Positions 18,803-27,692 of a stretch of 57,143 bases of DNA are shown piece after piece. Positions within the stretch are counted from its first letter, which is position 1. Every line of letters starts with the position of its first letter. A model generated the notes under the pieces. The model saw only the letters and a list, made by a program, of their open reading frames with translations. It searched no databases and was not told the origin of the DNA. The DNA is from a virus. Lineage: Duplodnaviria; Caudoviricetes. Position numbers and translations under genes: made by a program. Location: IMG/VR virus record IMGVR_UViG_3300003886_000028, positions 1 through 57,143 of that record. The stretch is one strand, 5' to 3'.

Positions 18803-19398
18803 GTCGTGCTGCCGTCTCCGGATACGCTTATTTGTGCCGTATCGAGTAGCGTGCCGCCGCTGGAGGCGTTGTAGAAATTGAGCGTGAACGTAGCGTTTTG
18901 GACTCCACCAAAAGCAGAACTCACCCCGATGTCAAAGTTTCCAGCTCCCAGGTTAACGCGCCCCGCTCCAATATCGTCGGTATCCAGTGTTCCCGAGTCA
19001 ATCGTTCGCTCAACCCAGACAGCGCTAGCGGCCCCACTCTCCAGCCAAAGCTCATTTGCGATTGAAAAAAAACCATCCTCATTAGACTGGTAATAATTTC
19101 CATCGGAACTTACGCGAACATTAGCAACCGCCACGCCCTCAATAATTCTTTGGGTTGAATGAAATTTATTCGCCAATTCCACGACCAGGCTTGAATAGAA
19201 CTGCCGCAACGTACCGCTGTCGTTGATCCAGCCTGTCTGAATCTCACGCAGCGTGCCGCTATCGTTGACGTAGATCCCGGTGATTTCACGCAGCGTGCCG
19301 CTGTCGTTGACGTACACGCCTTGGGCAGATACCAGCGAGGTGGCCAGCATTAGCCCCAACGCGAATCGTCTCGCTATTGTGGCGAATCGTTTCATCAA
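18799..19398 (-). CDS. tail-fibre-associated protein with signal peptide
   Basis: signal peptide ending VSA; three (V/I)NDSGTLR repeats. Confidence 0.65.
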   Translation of the reverse strand: MMKRFATIARRFALGLMLATSLVSAQGVYVNDSGTLREITGIYVNDSGTLREIQTGWINDSGTLRQFYSSLVVELANKFHSTQRIIEGVAVANVRVSSDGNYYQSNEDGFFSIANELWLESGAASAVWVERTIDSGTLDTDDIGAGRVNLGAGNFDIGVSSAFGGVQNATFTLNFYNASSGGTLLDTAQISVSGDGSTT

Positions 19399-20582
19399 TA
19401 CACCAGCCGGATATCGCCGGTCGACATACCCGTGGTATCCGTCGGGGTTGTCGCGGTCACCACGATGCGACCACTCGCATAGGCGGTATTATTGTGGGTA
19501 ATCACGGCGCGACCCGCAATATCAATACTGCCGGCACTCTGGCGGGTGATTGTTGTATCGACGCTATTGCCAATATTGACACCACCAAAATGAGGAAAAC
19601 TTGAAGTACCAAGCCCCAGATTGGTTCTCGCGCCTGAAGCCGTTGATGAACCGGTACCGCCTTGGGCAACCGACAAGTCTGTACCCGACCAGTTATTAGC
19701 ATTGATACTGTTCAACGTGGCGAGGGAACCCAGGCCGAGGTTGGTTCTAGCACCCGACGTGGTCGATGACCCAGTACCACCATTGGCAACGGACAGATCG
19801 GTACCGGACCAGTTGTTATTGCTGATCGTAGTCAGCGTGGCGAGGGAACCCAGGCTGAGCGAGGCTCGTGCGGTAGCACCGCTTTCTGCGACCCATGTCG
19901 AGCCATTACCGACAATAAAGTTGCCGTTGGTATCCGCCAGCCCAGCGATCGCACTGAGGTCCGTATCGAAGGCCTGGACGTTCGCTCCAATTGTGAGCCC
20001 TAAGTTGGTTCTGGCGCCACTCGACGTCGACGATCCTGTACCACCATTGGCAACGGACAGATCAGTACCGGACCAGTTGCCACCGTTGATTGTGCTGAGA
20101 GTAGCGATTGACCCGAGGCCCAGTGAGGTTCTAGCGACTGAACCGGTCTCTACGATCCAGCCAGCACCGTTACCGACAATGAAGTTGCTGTCCGTCGTGT
20201 TGAGTCCCGACAACGCGCTTAGACCCGCGTCAAAGGCCTGTACATCGGTACCAATCGCAAGCCCAAGGCTAGTCCGGGCTCCGGCCGCTGTCGTAGCCCC
20301 GGTGCCTCCCACGGAAATACCGAGCCCACCGCTGGCCACGGTCAGCGCGGTGCCACCTGCATTGACCACGACGATATTGCCGCCGTTGCCCGCCAGTGGC
20401 GGCAGCTTGTCCGCTATGTTGGTATCGATCGAGGCAAACTCGGTGCGAAAATCAGCGCTATTAAGCTGCGATCGCTGCACCGGGCGCCCAGTGGCTTCGT
20501 ACCAGTCCTGGGCGCCTGCAATGCCCGCGACCAGAGCGATTCCAAGCAAGAATCCGAATACTTTGTTTCTCATTGACTTCAT
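19395..20582 (-). CDS. tail fibre with GGTG/ARTNLGL repeats and signal peptide
   Basis: repeated LSVANGGTGSST.SGARTNLGL units; signal peptide ending AGA; directly after the tail-tube gene. Confidence 0.8.
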   Translation of the reverse strand: MKSMRNKVFGFLLGIALVAGIAGAQDWYEATGRPVQRSQLNSADFRTEFASIDTNIADKLPPLAGNGGNIVVVNAGGTALTVASGGLGISVGGTGATTAAGARTSLGLAIGTDVQAFDAGLSALSGLNTTDSNFIVGNGAGWIVETGSVARTSLGLGSIATLSTINGGNWSGTDLSVANGGTGSSTSSGARTNLGLTIGANVQAFDTDLSAIAGLADTNGNFIVGNGSTWVAESGATARASLSLGSLATLTTISNNNWSGTDLSVANGGTGSSTTSGARTNLGLGSLATLNSINANNWSGTDLSVAQGGTGSSTASGARTNLGLGTSSFPHFGGVNIGNSVDTTITRQSAGSIDIAGRAVITHNNTAYASGRIVVTATTPTDTTGMSTGDIRLVY

Positions 20583-22693
20583 CCTCTTACCTGAACCGTT
20601 GGCGTAAACCGATAGTGAATGCCACTAAGCAGCAATGGCTCAAAAAAGTCGCTGTCCTTGGTGATAACCCAGCCAATGTTACGACCCTCGCCCCGTAAAT
20701 CCAGCCCTACCGTCGGCACGGTCGTGGAATCATCCCAGACAATGCCGGTATCCCACATCAGCCCGCTGTCCCAAGACGCCCCAGCCGAAGCGGGCATTTC
20801 AGCGGTTTGCGTATCGGGCTGCGCCACTTCGCTACGGCCATAGTCGAGCTGATACCCCAGGTCGAATTCGGCATATCCCGTGCTACGACCCTCCAGGGTG
20901 ACCGGGGCGTAGTACTGCTTTATCCACTCAATCGACTTGCCGTGATCGAAGTGGGTATACAGGTATGCGTAGATATTCTCGCCGTCAAAACTGGTGCCGC
21001 GCTCCATCTGATACACAAAGCCATCATCCGCACCAAAGAATATCTCCTCATTCCCGTCAGGGTCCTCTTCCGACCAGATAGTTGTGATCTGGTGGTTCAG
21101 GGTAATCGGCATCATACCCTTCATCTTCTTGCCTTCCATGGTCGAATAAATCGCCGTTCTATCGGAGAAAAAGAGGCGGTACTGGTTCTTGTCACGCACC
21201 ACACAACTCGCGACCGCCAGCGGCTTTTTCTCATTGATCAGCTTACGCAGCCGGTTACTCATGCTGGAGTGGTCAAAGTTGCCGAAGGCCTGAACGGTAC
21301 GCAGGTCGGTGATGCCTCGATCGTCGAGGAACAATGTGTAGGCCAACTGCTGAATCGTCCACTCATACGCGCCAACCTTTTCGCGGTATCGGATCAGGTT
21401 CCAGTCGCTGGAGTCATTGCCGTACAACGTGAAAATTTGCTGGCGGCACGCGATCAGAAGCGCCGCATTGCCTTCTCCACCAGGTTCCACGTGAAACCCG
21501 GTAATGGGGCTGCCCGTCGCAATTTCGCCAGCACCGAGTACCACAGACCACGCGAATGGCGATCCGATACCTGAGTGCTGGGCACTGCCGTCAAAGCTGA
21601 AAAACAGCTGGTTCTTGTGCACATAGACGTGAGTGGGTGTGTCATCGACCATGCCGGTGCGAATCTTTGCGAACACCGCACCATCGAACTCCCAGCCATT
21701 GTTAACACCATCAGAGCCATAGATTCGTTCCGGCCCTCTCGGATCCGCAAAGTTTGAGCCATCATGGTCAAGCCGTCCGTTGGGCAGCAGCGTGATGGCC
21801 GCAGAATCCCCAGCGATGGTGGCTACGTTCAGGTTTGCGCCAACATTCAGGTTCTCGGCTTGAAACACGCCGACCTGTCCAGATAGCGTGAGCCAACCCA
21901 CAACATCAGCGCCCGCCCAGGTTCCTGATACGAGTTGTACTCGCCGCACCGTCGCGGTGGCACCAGAGATTGCCCCGGTCGCAACATCGCCTTCGGCAAC
22001 CTCGTACGCGCCACCACTGGTGATGGCCACCTCACGACCCAGATCAACCAATACCCAACCCGCTGCGCTTGATCGGTGCAGGGAGGCGGCGAGGCCACCA
22101 ATATCGTTTCGAATCGCGTATTTTGTGGCGCCGAGTGTGAAACCGCCCCATACCGAGCCTTCACCGGGGGCGGCGGTGATGTCGGCGCGGTACGCATCGG
22201 CGGCTAGGTTCTTGTATTGGGCCGTGAGTCTTGTGGTCGGGGAACTGTCAGAATACCCTTGAGCATCCGCATTGCCTTGAACAACAGCGGCAACGGTGAG
22301 GTTTTCAGCCGCATCATTGAATATGCCGGTGACCTTGGTTAGGACCAGGTAGGTCTGTGCCGGGTCATCCGGATAGGTCGTGATGGCAATCACTAGTCCT
22401 GTCGCGGCACTTATCGCGCCCGCCACAATATTACCGACTGCGATCACACCAGTCATGGTTACATCGAGGATGGTGAATCCGGCGGATGACGGCGCGCCTT
22501 GCCCGTCAAAACGCTCATACCCGGCGAGATCCCGATAACCGTCTTCCACCGCTATTTCATAATTCACCGCGTCGCGGAGTACCCCGGGTGGTATTGACCA
22601 TGCCGGCGTCTCCAGATCAAGCCCACCCGCGAATCGAGTGAACGAGTCCTTGGGCCGGAGTCCGGGCGATAAGGGCATGCCTCCGCCAAACAT
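20579..22693 (-). CDS. tail tubular B / DNA-stabilisation protein
   Basis: ~700-aa beta-rich protein, FAGGLDL..GYERFDG N-terminus; ATG overlaps the upstream stop (TGATG). Confidence 0.75.
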   Translation of the reverse strand: MFGGGMPLSPGLRPKDSFTRFAGGLDLETPAWSIPPGVLRDAVNYEIAVEDGYRDLAGYERFDGQGAPSSAGFTILDVTMTGVIAVGNIVAGAISAATGLVIAITTYPDDPAQTYLVLTKVTGIFNDAAENLTVAAVVQGNADAQGYSDSSPTTRLTAQYKNLAADAYRADITAAPGEGSVWGGFTLGATKYAIRNDIGGLAASLHRSSAAGWVLVDLGREVAITSGGAYEVAEGDVATGAISGATATVRRVQLVSGTWAGADVVGWLTLSGQVGVFQAENLNVGANLNVATIAGDSAAITLLPNGRLDHDGSNFADPRGPERIYGSDGVNNGWEFDGAVFAKIRTGMVDDTPTHVYVHKNQLFFSFDGSAQHSGIGSPFAWSVVLGAGEIATGSPITGFHVEPGGEGNAALLIACRQQIFTLYGNDSSDWNLIRYREKVGAYEWTIQQLAYTLFLDDRGITDLRTVQAFGNFDHSSMSNRLRKLINEKKPLAVASCVVRDKNQYRLFFSDRTAIYSTMEGKKMKGMMPITLNHQITTIWSEEDPDGNEEIFFGADDGFVYQMERGTSFDGENIYAYLYTHFDHGKSIEWIKQYYAPVTLEGRSTGYAEFDLGYQLDYGRSEVAQPDTQTAEMPASAGASWDSGLMWDTGIVWDDSTTVPTVGLDLRGEGRNIGWVITKDSDFFEPLLLSGIHYRFTPTVQVRG

Positions 22694-23406
22694 CAGGCCA
22701 GTGCCTTGGCCCACCGCATGCGGTGGCGCCCGTACCATTGATTGAGTACCAACGCGTCTAAGAGCGTCTCACCCTCGGTATTTGCCCAGGCCAGTATTTC
22801 CTGCCCAACCACGTTGTAGGCATATTTGAAGAGGGCGCGATACACGATAAGCATGTGGTAGTCCGAAGGCATTTCGGGAATATCGTCATCGACAGCCATC
22901 TGTTGCAGGCCTTTCCAGTACGTACCCGTGATGCGATAGACCCCATCGGGCGGTGGTCCAACATAGAGCGTGTCATCAGGTTTGACTGAAATTACTCCGG
23001 GGTAAGCTGGCGTGTTGACACCGCGAACATAAACGCCCCGAAACTCCATCCAGGGATAAATAACGAGTTCCCGTTCAGTCAATTTCCCTTCGCTCACCAG
23101 GTAGATAAACGGCTGTTCCTCTTCATCCATATCCCACGCCTTAAATCGTGAGATTACCGCAGCATCATCAACGTCGGTCACTGCGGCGGGGGCGTAGCTG
23201 GCGGTGCTGGCCACAGTATCCAGCGTCCAATCACTACGCAGCCATTTCCAACGTCCGTCCTGGTCGCGCTGGATATCGTTCCACGCCTCGATTGTCCACC
23301 GCACCAGATCCGCGGACCTGCCGACTTGGCCGGTTACCGCGTCGGGGGGACTGCCGGGTAGCTTCGCTTCGTAATGCAGCGTCTGGACGAGGTTGAGGAG
23401 GTCCAC
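22693..23406 (-). CDS. head-tail adaptor (tail tubular A-like)
   Basis: WKWLR, P.PDGVY.I, DDDIPEMPSDYH.LIVY motifs. Confidence 0.75.
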   Translation of the reverse strand: MDLLNLVQTLHYEAKLPGSPPDAVTGQVGRSADLVRWTIEAWNDIQRDQDGRWKWLRSDWTLDTVASTASYAPAAVTDVDDAAVISRFKAWDMDEEEQPFIYLVSEGKLTERELVIYPWMEFRGVYVRGVNTPAYPGVISVKPDDTLYVGPPPDGVYRITGTYWKGLQQMAVDDDIPEMPSDYHMLIVYRALFKYAYNVVGQEILAWANTEGETLLDALVLNQWYGRHRMRWAKALA

Positions 23407-23409
23407 ACG

Positions 23410-23877
23410 TTACGCCACTCGTTGAAACGGGTAGGCCGGTACTTCACGGGGAATGGGGTTCAATCCACCATCTCCCAACGATTCGTATTTGTACGCGATC
23501 GCGTTATTCAGCACCTCAAAATAGGATAGGGGAATATCAACCTCTTTGCCACGCGGTATCAGCATGGCCTTGCCGTTAACACTCACCGGTACCGGCTCAT
23601 TGCCACCGGGGTCTTCGGTAATGCTGATGACAATGCGTACCTTGTCGTCCTCGGGACTGGCCTGGACATCGGTTACCGGTCGCGGGGCAGCGCCGGCATG
23701 CTTCTGAATGTCCTCTTCCTTTGAGACCATGATGTAGTCCTTGCCCCATGCCGCAGTGATTTTCGCCACCACGGTTTCATCTTTCGTGTTTGGCGGAAGG
23801 TTTAATCCGAGCGAGTTATTTGCAAACTCTCGAAACTGGGCCTGAGTTGCCTCCGCGATGCTGATTTTCTGATTCAT
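23410..23877 (-). CDS. conserved head-region hypothetical protein
   Basis: VPVSVNGK..LIPRGKEVDIP..EVL..A motif seen near N4-gp56-type capsid genes. Confidence 0.7.
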   Translation of the reverse strand: MNQKISIAEATQAQFREFANNSLGLNLPPNTKDETVVAKITAAWGKDYIMVSKEEDIQKHAGAAPRPVTDVQASPEDDKVRIVISITEDPGGNEPVPVSVNGKAMLIPRGKEVDIPLSYFEVLNNAIAYKYESLGDGGLNPIPREVPAYPFQRVA

Positions 23878-23898
23878 TGTCTGTTACCCCTTGGGTGA

Positions 23899-24498
23899 TT
23901 ACTCGTCGTAGCCCTCAAGCTCAATCAAGAACTTGCCAGCGGTGTAGACCGCATTAGTACCGGCGCCACTACCAACCAGATACACATACTCATCATCGGC
24001 AGGCAGTCCGGTAAATGCCCGAACGGTGCCAATGGCCCAGTCGCCCGCCGCGGTCTGCAGCGCGGTTTCCGTCAGGCCCGCGACAGGAGCATCTTCAGTA
24101 CCTGTTTCCTCAGTAGCTGAATACGCATCGATATCGGGTTCACCGGTGCCTGGCGCTTCGAGGCAGGTCATCCGGCCCGAGAAGATAGTGCCGTTACGTG
24201 CCTTGGTGATACGGCCAAGGTGGCAGTTAGCTGCAGCCTCGACGCCGATGATGTCGCCGGCGGCCGAACTGCTCAATCCCGTTAAATCAATGAGAATTGC
24301 GGTTTTGATAATGCCGCCGACTCGATCGACGCTTGATTTGATGATGGTGCCTGTGCCCGCGGAAATTCCGGCGCCAGCGCCGACCTCGAGGGTTTTGCCT
24401 TCGACCTGTGATCGCAGCAGTATTTCGAGTGAATTCAGATGACCACGGCCCGCCTGTTGGGCGTACTGAAGCGATTCAGCGGTTGTCAATGCCTTCAT
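23899..24498 (-). CDS. putative virion structural protein
   Basis: GAGGAA RBS before ATG 24498; Gly/Ala/Thr-rich beta protein. Confidence 0.65.
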   Translation of the reverse strand: MKALTTAESLQYAQQAGRGHLNSLEILLRSQVEGKTLEVGAGAGISAGTGTIIKSSVDRVGGIIKTAILIDLTGLSSSAAGDIIGVEAAANCHLGRITKARNGTIFSGRMTCLEAPGTGEPDIDAYSATEETGTEDAPVAGLTETALQTAAGDWAIGTVRAFTGLPADDEYVYLVGSGAGTNAVYTAGKFLIELEGYDE

Positions 24499-24534
24499 GA
24501 TGCTATTCCTCTGTTGTTGAGACAACGCAAAGAT

Positions 24535-24556
24535 GGGGCGGTCTGGAGACCGCCCC
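24535..24556 (-). terminator. GC-rich hairpin after capsid/decoration genes (terminator or attenuator)
   Basis: GGGGCGGTC-TGGA-GACCGCCCC (plus strand); weak U-tract on minus strand. Confidence 0.55.
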
Positions 24557-24565
24557 GGCTATTGC

Positions 24566-25117
24566 TTAGTTGTCGTTACGCCACGCGGTCCAGCGCAGGA
24601 GTCTCGCCTCTTCGGCAACAGTCGCACCGATGGTGAAACCCTTAGAACTGGTACCGGAGACGCCGACAAACGCCGCGATGCCTCCGGCGCCCGGCGGCGC
24701 TGCGGCCACCTCAGTGTCGATGTCGTAACCGTGCGAGACCTGGACGGTCACAGTTGCATCATCAACGGCGCCAGCCGCTTCACCGATAATGTTCTCGGCT
24801 TGGAACGTTCCGAAGATTTGATCGCGTTCAGCAACAAAGAACCCCGCCGCGTCACCGCTAGGCCAGTCGCCGGAGTACAGCAGCACAGATTCGACAAATG
24901 CCGTGGCGCCTGATGTCACGCCAGTTATCTTGGTGCCCGGGACGATTGCGTTGATGCCGCCACCGCTAAATGGGATGACCATCCGGTTAGGGAAGCCAAC
25001 GGTGACAGAGTCACCGTCTGTGGCGTTGAAAACCTCTACGCGATCAGGAATCCAACCGAGTTCGACGTTGATGGCGGCTGCATTACCAACCACTTCGCCT
25101 GATTTGAAAGATTGCAT
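24566..25117 (-). CDS. putative capsid decoration protein
   Basis: GAGGA RBS before ATG 25117; INVELGWIPDRVEV motif; immediately after the capsid gene. Confidence 0.6.
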   Translation of the reverse strand: MQSFKSGEVVGNAAAINVELGWIPDRVEVFNATDGDSVTVGFPNRMVIPFSGGGINAIVPGTKITGVTSGATAFVESVLLYSGDWPSGDAAGFFVAERDQIFGTFQAENIIGEAAGAVDDATVTVQVSHGYDIDTEVAAAPPGAGGIAAFVGVSGTSSKGFTIGATVAEEARLLRWTAWRNDN

Positions 25118-25164
25118 AATAATTTCCTCTATATGCGTTGTTGAGACTGGTGCCGCACCTCGCT

Positions 25165-26175
25165 TTACAGCAAGGTGACAGCAACTTCCAGGCGAGCCAT
25201 CCAGAGTTGATTCAGGATGATTGTGGCGTGCCACGTCTTCCATCCCACGTATCCGCGCTGGCCCAGTGGATCAGACTTAGATATAACTCCCGGCCGCAGA
25301 ACGGTGGGAGAAATAGCGCCTTGACCACGAAGTGGTACGGTACCGTAGGCATGCTTCCCGATATACAGAATCGGGTAAACGTCCGCACTCACACCCGACG
25401 TGGAGACCATGTCGCTGCCCGATCCGCCGAACGCACCGCCAGCATCGGTAAACGGATCAAGATCTGGCGAGCAGATATAACGCACATCCTCGACCGTTCC
25501 GAGCTCGTATTCGCTGATAATCTGGCGACTACCGTATTCAGCGGTCGGCGTGAAACCTTGGAGATTCCGGATATCCTGCTCAACATCGGTGTGGTGAATC
25601 GCGACATACGCTGCCTCAACTGGCTTGGTGCCGTAGTTAACGCTGCCACTCAAGATGCGGGTGATCTTGTACGACTTCTGCGCCTTCAACGCTCGCATCA
25701 CTGCGCGCTGCTTGTTCAGGCTGATCGGCGTGTTCACTACGCTTCGGCTCGCGCCGTTGGCATAGACCACGTTGGTACCGGCCCGGAGTACACCCCAGTT
25801 CAGGGCTTCCAGGGTACGGCCAATATTTTCACCGGCCTGTTCCGTTGCATCGTTCAGCACCGGATCTTCGTGGGTGTCTTCGATCACATCAGTGATCTCG
25901 ACGATTTGCCCGTATTGCTTCAGAGAGACCGAAACGTCTTCATAAGCAAACTGGGTTGCCGTCGGCGTAATGCCCTCGACCAGCGGCGTTGTCGCAGCGG
26001 TGAAGACCTTGGGACGGCGGAATTTGATGGTTTGCGTCTTATTCCGGGGCATCGGCTTAATCATGCCGAATTTGTCCAGAATGACGACCGGGGCCTGATG
26101 CTTAAGCATTTGGCGCTCAGCATAGACATTAGTACGCGTACTGACGCCTGGGTCGGTATAACGGGTAGTAGTCAT
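25165..26175 (-). CDS. major capsid protein, N4-gp56 family
   Basis: TIKFRR, PLVEGITP, LKQYG, SDPLGQRGYVGWK. Confidence 0.95.
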   Translation of the reverse strand: MTTTRYTDPGVSTRTNVYAERQMLKHQAPVVILDKFGMIKPMPRNKTQTIKFRRPKVFTAATTPLVEGITPTATQFAYEDVSVSLKQYGQIVEITDVIEDTHEDPVLNDATEQAGENIGRTLEALNWGVLRAGTNVVYANGASRSVVNTPISLNKQRAVMRALKAQKSYKITRILSGSVNYGTKPVEAAYVAIHHTDVEQDIRNLQGFTPTAEYGSRQIISEYELGTVEDVRYICSPDLDPFTDAGGAFGGSGSDMVSTSGVSADVYPILYIGKHAYGTVPLRGQGAISPTVLRPGVISKSDPLGQRGYVGWKTWHATIILNQLWMARLEVAVTLL

Positions 26176-26194
26176 GGCTTACGTTCCTGAGAGT

Positions 26195-27295
26195 TCAGGC
26201 TCGCTGCTGTTGCTGACGCTCTTCCTGCTTATCAAAAGCCTTCCAGATCGCCTTTTCGTCCCCGTCTTCGGGAATTCCTGTGGCGGCACTGGGGCCACCT
26301 CGGCGAGTGGTTGAGGCTGATTCAAGCTGGCGCTGTCGCTTATCAGAGAGCTGGGTTCCGTTGTCCTTACCAGTATCGGCAAGGGCCGTTTCTGTGTTGG
26401 AGTTACCAGTATCAGTATTCTCCTGGGCAGAACGGAAGGCCTTGAAGCGGCTGAGTACATCAGCGGCTTCCGCGGCGTCCACTATCTCTTCACCATTGCG
26501 AATAGCGGCCTCTTGAATGTGCCGTGGCTGTTCTCTTAGCCAGGGCATTAATTCCGGGGCGTCTATCACTTTTTCCCAATCGTCGTGCTCCTCGGCGAGC
26601 AGCTTTTCCTGCTCATCTGCCAAGTTTTGTGCTCGATCTATGCCGATAACGTCGAGTTGTCGGTTTTGGCTCTCGATTTGTGCAGTGAGAGAACTTACGA
26701 GCGTTTCCATCGGTTTCGCGACTTCGGGGTATTCCTTGGCAAACGCCTTCCAATCGTCTGAGCCAACAACACCTTTTGAATCGCTTTTTTCTACTGCTTC
26801 TCCCGCGTTGTCACTGGCGGCCGCTTTATTGGCGTCCGGGGCTGCGGCGGGCTTGTCCTGCTTCATCAGACCATTGATCTGGCGCTGTGCCGCGGCTAAG
26901 CGGCCCCGCTGGGATCGATCCGATTGTTCGAGCTTCTTGATCTGTGCCTGGGCGGCATCAAATGCGGCCCGTTGTGTATCGTTTGCGCCCGCCCACGGAT
27001 CATCCGTATCCGGGGTGGCTTTGTCGGACGGATCACCGTCGGACAGGTCTTGCGGTGGGACATCCTCATTCTCACCAACTTTGGCTGCTTCTGCGCCCGC
27101 GTCATCGGTTGGGGCTGCTGCCGCAGCGCCAGCACTATCGTCGGGGGCTGGATCAGCCTTAGATTCTTCTTGCTCGATTTCGGCCCAGATCGTTTCGTCG
27201 TCTTTGCCTTCGTCCTCGAGCTTATCGTCGACCAGATCAAGGTCTGTATCGTCGATTTTTTGAGTATTGGACTCTTTGGGGGCAGTTTCGCTCAT
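26195..27295 (-). CDS. capsid scaffolding protein
   Basis: very acidic, coiled-coil, directly upstream of the capsid gene. Confidence 0.7.
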   Translation of the reverse strand: MSETAPKESNTQKIDDTDLDLVDDKLEDEGKDDETIWAEIEQEESKADPAPDDSAGAAAAAPTDDAGAEAAKVGENEDVPPQDLSDGDPSDKATPDTDDPWAGANDTQRAAFDAAQAQIKKLEQSDRSQRGRLAAAQRQINGLMKQDKPAAAPDANKAAASDNAGEAVEKSDSKGVVGSDDWKAFAKEYPEVAKPMETLVSSLTAQIESQNRQLDVIGIDRAQNLADEQEKLLAEEHDDWEKVIDAPELMPWLREQPRHIQEAAIRNGEEIVDAAEAADVLSRFKAFRSAQENTDTGNSNTETALADTGKDNGTQLSDKRQRQLESASTTRRGGPSAATGIPEDGDEKAIWKAFDKQEERQQQQRA

Positions 27296-27456
27296 TTCTC
27301 GCCAGCACCGTCAAGAGCGCTCTTCATTTCACGCTTTTTCTTCATTGCCGCTTTCAAGCGCTTTGGGTCAGCCTTGATCTTTTCCGCATCAATGAGTATG
27401 CGTAGATCATTCTCGGCTTCCCAGTCTTTGTCTGAGGCTGAAATTGATCGGGCCAT
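27292..27456 (-). CDS. small basic head-region protein (54 aa, not in ORF track)
   Basis: MARSISASDKDWEAENDLRILIDAEKIKADPKRLKAAMKKK...; start and stop overlap both neighbours. Confidence 0.7.
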   Translation of the reverse strand: MARSISASDKDWEAENDLRILIDAEKIKADPKRLKAAMKKKREMKSALDGAGEK

Positions 27457-27692
27457 TAGCTTTCAATCCCGTCGCGGGTTTCTACCAGACCCAGAAGTTC
27501 TTTGAGTTCTTCGACGGCACCACGCTGATTCTCGGTGTCCGACATATCCAGTCCCACCACTTCCAGATTGCCGCGGCGCATCTTAAGGCGACCATTAGCC
27601 CAATCGCGAATTGCCAACCAGGTATCACTAGCAACGTCAATGCTGTGTGGTGCCTGCTCTTCAGCCAAAATACTAGAAATATCCGCCACCAC
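27456..27692 (-). CDS. small head-assembly protein after portal
   Basis: W..I...L....RG...LKELL pattern typical of small post-portal genes. Confidence 0.6.
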   Translation of the reverse strand: MVADISSILAEEQAPHSIDVASDTWLAIRDWANGRLKMRRGNLEVVGLDMSDTENQRGAVEELKELLGLVETRDGIES

